From an uncultured Candidatus Saccharibacteria bacterium (GTDB lineage: Bacteria > Patescibacteriota > CAZHWT01): DNA of 64,000 bases. Of this stretch, positions 37,757-47,930 are shown one piece after another; position 1 is the first letter of the stretch; every line of letters begins with the position of its first letter. The stretch is taken from contig CAZHWT010000001.1 of the NCBI GenBank assembly GCA_964536215.1, forward strand, positions 15,671-79,670, in the 5' to 3' direction. The notes beneath the pieces were generated by a model, which saw nothing but the letters and a program-made list of their open reading frames with translations, was not told where the DNA came from and searched no databases. Made by a program: the position numbers and the translations under genes.

Positions 37757-40381
37757 CTAGACTTTGACATTGTCTGTGGTTAACTCAATTGTTGCACCTT
37801 TTTTAATCGACTTGGTCAGGAGCTGCTTAGCCAAGGCGTTTTCAATTTTGTCTTGAATTAGGTGGCGCAATGGGCGGGCGCCGTAGAGCGGGTCATAGCC
37901 AGCCTCGGCTAGTTTGCGAATCAAATCGTCTGACACGGTTAGCTGAATGTCTTTCTCAGCCACTTGTGTAATTACTTTAGCCATCATAAGTTTCGCCACT
38001 TGGACCGACTCTTCGACGTTTAGCTGTCTAAATAGCACTATTTCGTCAAATCGATTAAGAAACTCGGGACGGAAATACCGTTGAGCCAGCATTTCTTTAA
38101 CGGCTGGCATCATTTGTTCGGTGGTGTAGCCTTGGCTAATGGCGTCTTGGATCGAGCGCGACCCGGCATTGGAGGTGGCAATGATAATTGTTTGGTTAAA
38201 CTGAACAGTATGTCCGGCAGAGTCTGTTAATCGGCCATCATCAAATACTTGCAAAAAGAGGTCTAGAATTTGTGGATGAGCTTTCTCCAACTCGTCCAAA
38301 AGCAAGACGGTAAAGGGTCGCTCATGAATGGCGGTGGTAAGATACCCGCCGTTGGGATCGCCAGGTGAACCAATTAGTTTATTAATGGCGGCTGGCTCTT
38401 GATATTCGCTCATATCTAGGCGAACCATTGACTCTTCAGAGCCAAAGTAGCTCTCGGCAATTGTTTTAGCTAGCTCGGTCTTACCCGTGCCTGTAGGACC
38501 AATAAATAGGAAAACTGCCATAGGCTTCTGACTGTCGCGTAAGCCGGCTCGGGAACGCCGCAAGGCATTAGCTACGGCGTCAATAGCGGTGTTTTGGCCA
38601 ACTAGCCTTTGGTGAAGCAGGTCTTCTAGGTGGGTTAGCTTTTCGGCTTCATCTTCGGTAACCTGAGTTACAGGTATGCCAGTTTTATCGGCCACCACTT
38701 TGGCGACGTCCTCGGCGGAGACCGTAGAGTGTTTAGCGTGCGCCGCATAAGCAGCGGCCTCATCGAGCAAGTCAATGGCTTTCTCGGGCAGGACACGATC
38801 ATGAATGTATTGTCGCGATAGCTCGACCGCAGCCTGAATAGCAGGCAGGCTAATCGTGACTTTCTGCTGAGCTTCAATTGCAGCAGTAAACTCTTGTAAA
38901 ATACCGATTGCCGTTGGAGTGTCCGGCTCCTGAACTTCGACAGTTTGAAAGTTATTAGTAAAGGTGGCATTAGGCTGCAAAACGCGACGGTACGATGCTG
39001 GATTAGTTGCGCCGATCACCTTAAGCTGGCCAGCCTCAATAAACGGCAGTAGTACAGCAGATACGTCAATTGTGCCAGCGCCGGTTTGGGCCACTAAATG
39101 CTCAATGTTGTCGATAAAGAGGATTGTTTTTCCAGCAATCAACTCTTTAAGCGCTTGGCTAAAGCGTTTTTCAAGTTCCTGCACATTAGCCGAACTTCCC
39201 AGGACCGCTTCTAAGTTAAGCTGAATTACTCGACTATCCGCCAATCCAGGAGAAGTGGTGGCTTGCAAAATGCCTTGAGCAATACCGTCGACAATTGAAC
39301 TTTTGCCCACGCCTGGTTCACCAATAAGTAGAACATTATTCTTAGTTGTGCGCTCCAAGATTCTCACGACCGCTTCAATCTCTGTTTGGCGGCCAATAAT
39401 ATAAGGGGTCTGCCCAGCCGCCACCTGGGCTGTAATATCGGTCGATAAATGTTTCATGGTTGGCGTCCAGCCACTGGTCCAACCGCGATCAACGCCACCA
39501 GATCGGCGGAAGTATTCGTCCTGCCACCAACGCCACTGCTTTTTGGCCAGAGCCTCTGCTTCTACCCAGCCGCTGGCTCGGCGCAAGTCTTCTAAATGAA
39601 TGCCTAACTCCTTTAGGCTATCGGCGACTGCCGGGCTAACGGCAATGAGGCCAAAGAATAGGTCGGTAGAGGTGATAAAGCGATGCCCATTTTGTAAGCT
39701 GGCGGCTACAGCTGCATCTATGAGGGCTTGCTGACTGATGACCTGACTTTGCTTTATTGAAGCCTGCGTTAGTCGGCTGAGTAATTGCTGATCAGACAGC
39801 TCCATTCGCTTAAACAATTGGGTCATACGGCGAGTAACGGCTAACGTCCGCATGAGGCTGGCGGTAGAGAAGGTGGTTGGTAGCTCTCGCAAAATACGGC
39901 GGGCACTTCCGGCCGTAAAATCCCGCAATGTCTCCAAATCTAGCGGCTCCTCTGCCGCCATGGCTTGATACTGGCGGACGTCATATTTGGGCTGCAACAC
40001 GAAGGCTATCCAATAATAGCCTAGACTAGCTATGGTTACGATTACACCCAAAAGGACATTCCAACCGCCGCGATACAGGCCAATAATAAAACCAAAGGGT
40101 GCCGCTAGCCAAAGGCTAAACGCAAAGAGCAAAGCGCCGGCTACAACCGCTAAGACGGTAACACCAAATAGAATCCAGCACAGCCGGAACAGGACGCCTA
40201 ATCCTCGTCCAACGGCAGTACGATCGTTATGATAAGGACTAAAGAGAGATGTAAGTTGGGGGACAATATTGACCTTATCGCCCAACAGGATAATCGTTCG
40301 ACTAGCAAAGGTCCACCACCATTGCAACTTATCAACATACCACCACCAAGGAAAGTGAGCCAGGTAACTAAGGGCAGACAT
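37757..40381 (-). CDS. ClpA/B/C-family AAA+ ATPase with N-terminal transmembrane region
   Basis: GEPGVGKS and GPTGTGKTE Walker A motifs, LPEKAIDLLDEA, LLDELEKAH, FRPEFLNRFD, YGARPL; hydrophobic N-terminal region. Confidence 0.9.
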   Translation of the reverse strand: MSALSYLAHFPWWWYVDKLQWWWTFASRTIILLGDKVNIVPQLTSLFSPYHNDRTAVGRGLGVLFRLCWILFGVTVLAVVAGALLFAFSLWLAAPFGFIIGLYRGGWNVLLGVIVTIASLGYYWIAFVLQPKYDVRQYQAMAAEEPLDLETLRDFTAGSARRILRELPTTFSTASLMRTLAVTRRMTQLFKRMELSDQQLLSRLTQASIKQSQVISQQALIDAAVAASLQNGHRFITSTDLFFGLIAVSPAVADSLKELGIHLEDLRRASGWVEAEALAKKQWRWWQDEYFRRSGGVDRGWTSGWTPTMKHLSTDITAQVAAGQTPYIIGRQTEIEAVVRILERTTKNNVLLIGEPGVGKSSIVDGIAQGILQATTSPGLADSRVIQLNLEAVLGSSANVQELEKRFSQALKELIAGKTILFIDNIEHLVAQTGAGTIDVSAVLLPFIEAGQLKVIGATNPASYRRVLQPNATFTNNFQTVEVQEPDTPTAIGILQEFTAAIEAQQKVTISLPAIQAAVELSRQYIHDRVLPEKAIDLLDEAAAYAAHAKHSTVSAEDVAKVVADKTGIPVTQVTEDEAEKLTHLEDLLHQRLVGQNTAIDAVANALRRSRAGLRDSQKPMAVFLFIGPTGTGKTELAKTIAESYFGSEESMVRLDMSEYQEPAAINKLIGSPGDPNGGYLTTAIHERPFTVLLLDELEKAHPQILDLFLQVFDDGRLTDSAGHTVQFNQTIIIATSNAGSRSIQDAISQGYTTEQMMPAVKEMLAQRYFRPEFLNRFDEIVLFRQLNVEESVQVAKLMMAKVITQVAEKDIQLTVSDDLIRKLAEAGYDPLYGARPLRHLIQDKIENALAKQLLTKSIKKGATIELTTDNVKV

Positions 40382-40486
40382 GAGTTAAGTATACAGTATG
40401 TAGTAGTGGATAGCGTAGGGCGGGTAGCGGGTTGACGCGGATGCAATCTTAAACGCTAAGCGCTAATCCCTAAGCATACCCCCATT

Positions 40487-41104
40487 CTACAGCAGAAACT
40501 TTAGTTTAAAGCTGGTTCGATGGATGTCGGATAATCCATATTGTTTGATAGCTTGCTGATGCTGCGCCGTGCCATATCCTTTGTGTTGATCAAGGTGGTA
40601 ATTGGGGTATTGGTTAGCTAGCTGCCGCATGAGATTATCGCGAAACTCTTTAGCCACGATCGAAGCGATGGCAATTGATAGACACCTAGCATCTCCTTTA
40701 ACAATGGCCTGCTGAGGTAGCGTAATGCTAGGATGTTGAAAGCCATCGATGAGACAATACTCTGTCATTGGTAACTGCTCTAGCGCTCGGCTCATGGCTA
40801 AAAACGCGGCGGCGGCAATGCCGTTGTGGTTAATTTCTACAACTGAGGCCTGCCCAATGGCGGTAGAAATGCCCGACTGGTCATGAATAAACTGACAGGC
40901 TTGTTGTCGCTGGGATGGCGACATAGTCTTAGAATCCCTAACGACGGCCATACTATTAGACCAGGCAAAATCAGACTTGACGACCGCAGCTCCTGCCACC
41001 ACTGGTCCGGCCCAGCAACCCCGACCGACTTCATCAATACCAGCAATAGACCGATAGCCTTGCTGCCAAAGAGAGTGTTCATAGTCGAGGGTAGGAAGCA
41101 TCAT
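40487..41104 (-). CDS. rnhB: Ribonuclease HII
   Basis: AGIDEVGRG, DSK, IDG, KGD, ASIVAK, HKGYGT, HRTSF. Confidence 0.96.
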   Translation of the reverse strand: MMLPTLDYEHSLWQQGYRSIAGIDEVGRGCWAGPVVAGAAVVKSDFAWSNSMAVVRDSKTMSPSQRQQACQFIHDQSGISTAIGQASVVEINHNGIAAAAFLAMSRALEQLPMTEYCLIDGFQHPSITLPQQAIVKGDARCLSIAIASIVAKEFRDNLMRQLANQYPNYHLDQHKGYGTAQHQQAIKQYGLSDIHRTSFKLKFLL

Positions 41105-43035
41105 CTCGGCCGCCGGTCGATGTAGGTGTGGGCACTATCGAGCGTTACATTCTGATATTCTGGGAATTGCTCGATCGGTGTATCCTTGGTCAGATAATCC
41201 ATTAAGTCATGCCATATTGGCGCAGCCACATTAATACCGTCGGCTTTAGTATTCATGCTTTTGCCAGAAGTATTGCCGGTCCAAACAGTGGTTAAGTAGC
41301 TGGGCGTGTAGCCGATTGTCCACGTGTCTTTGGGCCCAGAGGAGGTGCCCGTTTTGGCGGCTACCGGGCGATTATTGGGCAGTGTGTAGTCTTGTAGGTA
41401 TTGGCCGCCATATATACTACGCTTAACTTTCGGGTCGCCAATTATCGCATTAATACCTGCTACTGCATTGGCGTCCAGAATCTGCTTGGACTCTTGTTCT
41501 TTAGTGTTGTCCAGCAAAACTTTGCCATGCCGGTCCACTACCTTGAGCAACGGCGAGACGACAACATCTTTACCACCGCTAGCCAGCGTTGCAAACGCTT
41601 GGGTCATTTGGAGTGGCGTTACTTCAACAGCGCCCAAAGCTAGGGGTAGCGTGTAGTGGTAATCATCGACAATAGGGAACCCCATGCTGGCAAGGTTCTT
41701 GGTTGCGGCCGGAATGCCAACCCCGCGCAATACGCGCACAGCGGGAATGTTAAGAGATGATGCGAGAGCTGTTTTAAGCGACACATACCGGCCACTGGCT
41801 CTGCCGCCATAATCGGTCGGCCGATACCCGCCACCAAAATCTTCAACCGCATCTAATACTCTCGTATTGGGTGAATAACCACTGGCTAGAGCAGTGTAGT
41901 AAATTAACGGCTTTATGGTGCTCCCTGGTTGACGGCGTGAATCTAACATATTTACTTGAGAGGTGCCGAAGTCTAGTCCGCCAACATAGGCTAATATTTG
42001 ACCATTCCGGGGATTGACGGTCAGTAAAGCAGCATTATCGGCTTGCCATTTAGTTGCGTTTTCTTTAGCATGCTGCTGCATTACATTAATAGCATTGTCC
42101 TGCAACGTAGCGTCTAGGCTGGTCAGGACATATAGCCCCTCATCGACTACTTCCTGCCCAAACTGCTGTTGTAATAGTTGCCGAATATAGAATGAGAAGA
42201 ATGGATAGCGTAGTGTAGATTTGCGGGCTAGAAACGCCACCGTATCATCCTTAGCCTCCTGGTACTGCTCTTCAGTCAAAAAGCCAAAGTTGCGCATGCG
42301 CTCTAAGACAAGCTGCTGGCGAGAGGTAAGCCCAGCCAGATTGTAGTATGGGTCTAGGGTTGATGGGGCATTGATAAGGGCGGCAATATAGGCGCCTTGA
42401 GCCGTAGACAACTGCGATACTGGTACGCCAAAGTAGGTTTGGGCGGCTGTAGCTAAACCAATCAGATCGCCACCAACCGGCACTTCGTTTAGATAACGCT
42501 CTAGAATCTGATCTTTGCTATAGCGACGAGTTAAAACCATTGAGACGACCAATTCGCGAGCTTTGCGCCAAATAGTATCATCCTTGCTTACCACAATTAG
42601 CTGAGCTAGCTGCTGAGTGATGGTTGATCCACCTTGCGTCAAGGTGTCGCTGCCAACATCAACATGAGCTGCCCTTATAAGACTTTTTATAGAAAACCCA
42701 GGGTTGGTATAGAACGACTTGTCTTCGGCCGCCAAAAAGGCGTTTTTAACCGACTCTGGAACTTGATCAATGGTGGTAACTTCGCGGTGGACTGACCCTA
42801 TTTCATACAACAAGGTATTATCCCGATCGTAGATTTTGGTGGTTTGAGTTGGCGTTTCCTCTAGGTTTGGGAGCGGTGCCGAAGCTAAGGTAGCATCTCC
42901 AACGGCTTCGACTGCCTTGCCAAGGACAACATAACTAAGCCCCACGCCGAGGCACAACAAGCCAACCAAACAGGCAATAATGATAGGGCGACGAACGTTA
43001 GAGGTCATTTCAGATGCAGGAAGGTTTGGCCACAT
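41101..43035 (-). CDS. Second class A penicillin-binding protein
   Basis: AAEDKSF, GGSTITQQL, STIK, SLN, KTGT. Confidence 0.93.
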   Translation of the reverse strand: MWPNLPASEMTSNVRRPIIIACLVGLLCLGVGLSYVVLGKAVEAVGDATLASAPLPNLEETPTQTTKIYDRDNTLLYEIGSVHREVTTIDQVPESVKNAFLAAEDKSFYTNPGFSIKSLIRAAHVDVGSDTLTQGGSTITQQLAQLIVVSKDDTIWRKARELVVSMVLTRRYSKDQILERYLNEVPVGGDLIGLATAAQTYFGVPVSQLSTAQGAYIAALINAPSTLDPYYNLAGLTSRQQLVLERMRNFGFLTEEQYQEAKDDTVAFLARKSTLRYPFFSFYIRQLLQQQFGQEVVDEGLYVLTSLDATLQDNAINVMQQHAKENATKWQADNAALLTVNPRNGQILAYVGGLDFGTSQVNMLDSRRQPGSTIKPLIYYTALASGYSPNTRVLDAVEDFGGGYRPTDYGGRASGRYVSLKTALASSLNIPAVRVLRGVGIPAATKNLASMGFPIVDDYHYTLPLALGAVEVTPLQMTQAFATLASGGKDVVVSPLLKVVDRHGKVLLDNTKEQESKQILDANAVAGINAIIGDPKVKRSIYGGQYLQDYTLPNNRPVAAKTGTSSGPKDTWTIGYTPSYLTTVWTGNTSGKSMNTKADGINVAAPIWHDLMDYLTKDTPIEQFPEYQNVTLDSAHTYIDRRPR

Positions 43036-43065
43036 GGCTACAAAATGCCCGCAGTGCTCCTCCGT

Positions 43066-43290
43066 CTAGCTGAATAATGTTGGGAATTTTGAGTAAATAA
43101 TAAACCCAATAAAAGCGAGGAGAAGCAGGAAGGAGATAAGGAAGCCAATAGCAAACCCAACCCCCAGAGCAATCCCAAACCAAACCCCGTGAGTTAGCTT
43201 GACAGTCAGGTGAGAGCTAGGAAATACTGGTGCGCCTGGCCGCTCTTCAGCCAACTCTTGCCAGTGATTGGATTTTTTAGATTCGGGCAT
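43066..43290 (-). CDS. Hypothetical small membrane protein
   Basis: TACAAT 6 nt before ATG; long hydrophobic C-terminal helix. Confidence 0.6.
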   Translation of the reverse strand: MPESKKSNHWQELAEERPGAPVFPSSHLTVKLTHGVWFGIALGVGFAIGFLISFLLLLAFIGFIIYSKFPTLFS

Positions 43291-43441
43291 GGGACTATTG
43301 TAGCGACAAACGGCTAGACTAGCAACAGGGGGAGGGGGTGAAGGGTGAAGGATAATAATTTAGCACCCTTCTCTTTCACCTTTAACCTTCAACCTGTAAC
43401 CTTCACCCTTCTCACTGGCGCAATGCTGTATACTGCATCAG

Positions 43442-44071
43442 ATGTCCACTCTTACTATGGCTCAACGTCATCTACAAACCGACCCGGTTATGGCCGACTT
43501 AATCAATCGGTACCACTTATCGCCGCTCAAGCAACCGGATGAGGTGGATGTTTTTGCTCATTTAGTTGGGTCAATTATCAGCCAACAACTATCAGTCAAA
43601 GTGGCAGATGTGATTGAAGCGCGCGTCTACGCGCTATTGCCCCATAAAAAGGTCACTCCTCAAGCTATTTTAGACCTCGATACTGAAGCAGCCCGAGCCT
43701 GTGGTATGTCGTATGCCAAAGTCCGCTATGTTAAATCGGCCGCCGATGCAGCTTTGTCTGGATTAATTGATTTTACTAATTTAAAAAATATTTCTGACCA
43801 GGAGGCTATAGCCGAGCTGGTCCAAATTGCCGGAGTAGGGCAGTGGACCGCCGAAATGCTGCTCATTTTTAGCTTGGGACGTCCAGATGTCTTTTCTATC
43901 GGCGACATGGGCTTGCGTAATGCTGTGGCGGCGTTGTACGGATTAGACAAGAAGGATTTGCCAGCCATAACTAAACTGGCCGAACAATGGTCGCCTTATC
44001 GGTCCCTCGCCTGCCGCTACCTTTGGGCCAGCCTAGAAAATACACCAAAGACTGGACTGGCCGAAGCGTAA
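43442..44071 (+). CDS. alkA: DNA-3-methyladenine glycosylase II (AlkA/HhH-GPD family)
   Basis: IISQQLS, GVGQWTAEM HhH, RPDVFSIGDMG, WSPYRS. Confidence 0.9.
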   Translation: MSTLTMAQRHLQTDPVMADLINRYHLSPLKQPDEVDVFAHLVGSIISQQLSVKVADVIEARVYALLPHKKVTPQAILDLDTEAARACGMSYAKVRYVKSAADAALSGLIDFTNLKNISDQEAIAELVQIAGVGQWTAEMLLIFSLGRPDVFSIGDMGLRNAVAALYGLDKKDLPAITKLAEQWSPYRSLACRYLWASLENTPKTGLAEA

Positions 44072-44369
44072 TCCATGCCTAGAATGAGTAGCATCGTCAT
44101 GGCTAGCGCATTCTACTCCCGTTCTGAGCCCTATGCTCACTGGCACAGGGCGATGAATCTTTCAGCATATCAAGCATCCTGACCGTAATCCTCCATTAGC
44201 TTTACAGAGATATATTACCGTATGTACGTACACGTATCAGTACATCCATCCCGACCTTCTCTGAGTTACCATGTTCCGAAAGTTTGTCAGAACTGCTGAC
44301 ATTTGCTACAATCCCGAACGAGTAAGCGTTTAAGGCTTGTGCGTCTGCAATTCATAGAAAGGTCTAAGC

Positions 44370-44921
44370 ATGTGCCAGACAGACCAGCCCTCCAACTCCA
44401 CTGAGAGAGACGAGGCAACACTTGCTACGTGGGCATCTTACCGCAGTCAGGTGCAAGTGGTACCTGGGTTAATTTTTGTTGACCCTCTGGGCACCTCTTA
44501 TCGCGTGGCCCGGATTTTTCAGTTAGCTACTTTAACCGATGGCTATGTAGTTAATGCCAGGCTAGAAAAACTGTCCGTCTTAGGCCAAGGGACAAATGCC
44601 GCTACATTTATCGAGATACCTAGTCCCGATGGGGCAGTGGCAGTTGATACCCTGACTCAATCTCTCTGGTGGGGGGCCGTGAAAGTAAAGCATGCACCAA
44701 ACCTGCACGGACTGACTTGTCCAAGACCCGGCGCGCGCTTAATAGAACGAATAGAACTGGCTACGCCGAGATATAGCGTTATACAAACTCAACGCTACGC
44801 AGGCGTGGTGGAAGAAGACATTTTTGTGGAATTGTCGGATCATGTTAACCGTCAACGCTTTAGCCTGACTCTGCGACAATACCACGCGTTTTTGCAGCAA
44901 CATAACCTGTACGAACTATAG
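44370..44921 (+). CDS. Hypothetical protein
   Basis: SD AGAAAGG, promoter-like CTGACA...TACAAT upstream, terminator downstream. Confidence 0.6.
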   Translation: MCQTDQPSNSTERDEATLATWASYRSQVQVVPGLIFVDPLGTSYRVARIFQLATLTDGYVVNARLEKLSVLGQGTNAATFIEIPSPDGAVAVDTLTQSLWWGAVKVKHAPNLHGLTCPRPGARLIERIELATPRYSVIQTQRYAGVVEEDIFVELSDHVNRQRFSLTLRQYHAFLQQHNLYEL

Positions 44922-44940
44922 AGCTATCGAGCTCACTACC

Positions 44941-44969
44941 AGACGCCACAGCACCGTGGCGTCTTTTTT
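44941..44969 (+). terminator. Intrinsic terminator
   Basis: AGACGCCAC-AGCACC-GTGGCGTCT-TTTTT. Confidence 0.8.
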
Positions 44970-45012
44970 CATTGCGTTTATTCAATCAACGATAAACGAT
45001 AAATGATACCCC

Positions 45013-45532
45013 TTAGGCTTCGAATTCAACCAGGATAGGAAGATGATCAGAGACTTGGGTAGATATAATTTGACTATTGATAATTTTCCAGGTCGCGCTG
45101 CGGAGTGGCCATAAACCGATCAGTGTACGAAGCATGAGTAGTGCCAACGCACAACGGCTGGTCAGCCCCGATATTGAGCTCAACTTGGCTATAGGCGCGC
45201 GTTTCGCTAGCAAAATCGCTAGAGCTAGTGGCCGTTTGCGTTTCGACATGTGATGGCGAGGAGAGAGGGTATCGGCTAATAATGGCATTGCCTTGCTCTC
45301 TATCGATGTTGCCCTGCTGATTAATCCATTGCTGAGCAGCAACATAGTACCCCCGATACGGTTTGCCCAGTTTTTGCATCACACTATCTGCGCTTGTTAC
45401 ATACGGGCGGAAGGACGTGGCGACGACTTCCTGCAGGCACATGATGTCCGGCCTGATATCAGCAATACATTCAGCAACCTTTTGCGGATCTTCTTTATAC
45501 CAAATGTTCCATTGCAGTAAGATTATTTTCAT
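45013..45532 (-). pseudogene. Endonuclease/exonuclease/phosphatase (EEP) family gene with internal deletion and frameshift
   Basis: N-terminal LQWNI, DIMCLQEV, GNAIISRYP, TTHAS in one frame; C-terminal SDHLPILVEF in another; GDFN and IDY motifs missing. Confidence 0.8.
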
Positions 45533-45615
45533 CTAAAAAGGACGTATCCGTGCTAGCATCGTCTCAAATCTGCCAACTATAAACTACGAACCATAAACCA
45601 TAAACTCATTCGTAT

Positions 45616-46584
45616 CTACTCTTCATCCTGAGTAGAGGAGAGGTCTTTGTTGCCGCTATGGAAGGATGAGTGAATGTCTTTGAGGTGTTTATTGGTGACG
45701 TGAGTATAGATTTGGGTGGTGGCAATATTGGAATGGCCGAGCATTTCCTGGACGCTGCGTAGATCGGCGCCGTTAATTAATAAATCTGTAGCAAAGGAGT
45801 GGCGCAGTGTGTGCGGCGTAGCTTTGACCGATAAGGCTTGTTGCTTAACGTACTTTTCAACCATACGAGCCACCGAGCGGGGAGTGAGACGTAGGTCTTC
45901 CCCATCTTGGTCTTCCGGATTATGTTTTTTGCCGTTGTAGCGGATAAAAAGCGGTTTATGCTTATCTTTTCGTAACTGGAGATATTTGGCCAGCCAATCA
46001 ATGGCTTCATCTGATAAAAAGACTACTCTAGCCTTGCGCCCTTTGCCAATTACGCCAAATTCGCGGCGCTCCAGATTAATTTGATCTCGGTTAAGCGAGG
46101 TTAGCTCGGCCACCCGTAAGCCGGTCGAAAATAACGTTTCTAAGATAGCTCTATCCCTAATTCCCTCGATAGTAGTCGTATCTGGGGCCTCGATAAGCTG
46201 TTCTAGCTGCTGCTGATCTAAAAACTTGACCGTACGGTCCCCTTGTTTACCCAGCTCCACCTGATCTGGCGCCAGGGTGGTATAGCCTTTTAAGATTAAA
46301 TATCTCAAAAAAGCTCGCAGTCCGACCATAAAATAATTCTGATAGGAGCGCTTTAGTTCGTGCTTAGTCACTTCGCTCACCTGTCGGGTTAGGTGGAGGC
46401 GATATTTTTTGACCATCTCATAGGTTAAACCCTGTGGCTCGACTGGGCCGTAATTCTCAGTTAGCCACTGAGCAAAATGCCGCAAATAAAAGTCATAAAT
46501 GCGGACGGTGCCTTGCGACAGGTTCTTCTCTAGCTCGCTGTATTCAATAAAATCGGTTATAAGGTCATTCAATGGCTTGGACAT
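45616..46584 (-). CDS. xerC: XerC/XerD-family tyrosine recombinase
   Basis: RDRAILETLFSTGLRVAEL, GKGRKAR, TPHTLRHSFATDLL, LGHSNIATTQIYTHV. Confidence 0.88.
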   Translation of the reverse strand: MSKPLNDLITDFIEYSELEKNLSQGTVRIYDFYLRHFAQWLTENYGPVEPQGLTYEMVKKYRLHLTRQVSEVTKHELKRSYQNYFMVGLRAFLRYLILKGYTTLAPDQVELGKQGDRTVKFLDQQQLEQLIEAPDTTTIEGIRDRAILETLFSTGLRVAELTSLNRDQINLERREFGVIGKGRKARVVFLSDEAIDWLAKYLQLRKDKHKPLFIRYNGKKHNPEDQDGEDLRLTPRSVARMVEKYVKQQALSVKATPHTLRHSFATDLLINGADLRSVQEMLGHSNIATTQIYTHVTNKHLKDIHSSFHSGNKDLSSTQDEE

Positions 46585-46679
46585 GGTTTAAGGGTACAGG
46601 TTGAAGGTTGAAGGTTCAAGTGTTTTGAATTGAGCTGCACTCTAACCTTTAATCTTCAACCTACATATACCCAATCCTG

Positions 46680-47900
46680 GCATATCCTCTTGTCGAAAAA
46701 ACGTTTTGAAGGGGTAAACTGTCATCTTTTCCGCGTCCATCGCTTCTAGGGCCCTTGTAGGGCTTCGTATATGTTTTTTGCTTTTGCAGCAATAAATACT
46801 TACTTTTTAGTATCTACCCCCTATCTATAGCGTGGGCGACAGGGGAGTGGTAGGCAGGGAAATTCGACTATATCTGAGTATATTGAGCCATCTAGCATTC
46901 ATTTAGGCGGGAGAGGCTGTGGGGGAGACAATTGGCTGCATTTTTTAAGACATTTTCAACACGATTGTGCGCAAGCATGGCTGAAGGGGAAAATTTTGGC
47001 AAATTATTTGAAATATATTTTAATTGTCTATCAACGCATGGATGGCAGGAGGGGAGAGGAAAAATAATAATACTAGACGTCTTTAAATGTATCTTTAGAG
47101 ACGTCTAAGAGGAGTGAAACAGCCGGGGAAGAGGTGCGAGAGAGGGGCTTAGCTTTGAAGATGTGGTCATATTTTTATTAAATATGGCACTTGTATTGTT
47201 TGTTTTACGCTCAAGTTTGCTGAATTTGGCGAATCTTTCGGCCTGTCTTGGCTGGTTTGACTTAGGCTAACCGATTACCGCTTGTCTTTGAGGTCAGCAA
47301 CGGAGATATCTGAGTAAATCTGTGCTACGTATGCATGAATTAAGGCTTATCCACATAGCTTATTAGCAATCATTGTTAGTTGGTGTTAATTTTGGCATAT
47401 TTTTCAGCAAATTTTCCCTTTATTTTCCCCACAGCTTTGTGATGCTAGTTTGAGCAAGTGAAATTTTTTGAAATTTTGGTGAATTTTTTATGAGACCGGG
47501 GAGATGCTCTACTCTGGGGTGAGTGTGGACTTATGGTTGGTAGTTAATGGTTTATGGTTCGTAGCTTTTTATGACATGTGTGTAGTTGGAGAAAACTGCA
47601 TCAGACTAGATCATACCTTATTTTACTATAGGTCTCTTTATATGCTATAGTTTCCATATCTATGTTTCCATGTATATCCTATAGTTTTTTGTTATCGGTC
47701 TTCCCTCTTCCTTGCTAAGTCTCCCTATCTCACTCCCCTTTCTCTGAGGTCTGACACCAAATTCTTGGGCCAAGGTTTAGGTTAATTGGGCTATTTTGAC
47801 CCTATTTGTTGTGCGCCTGCGCCCAGCATGCAGGTAGTGTTTGATTGTTTTTCAATCTGATGCAGCTACTTGAGCTTCTGCATGCATTATACTACTATAG
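46680..47900. other. Long non-coding region, candidate replication origin or chromosome-dimer-resolution locus
   Basis: TTATCCACA at 47347-47355, near matches at 46918, 46953, 47425 and 47524, AT-rich tracts, inverted repeat at 47074-47107. Confidence 0.45.
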
Positions 47901-47930
47901 GCTTTTTTCTATGCGCCTCTCGCCTACTCT

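Noticed and set aside
45013-45345. Programmed frameshift in the EEP gene
   Set aside because: A frameshifted product would still lack the GDFN and IDY catalytic segments, and no slippery site is evident.
45616-46584. Prophage or ICE integrase
   Set aside because: Size and motifs fit a chromosomal Xer; no phage genes, tRNA target or att direct repeats are visible.
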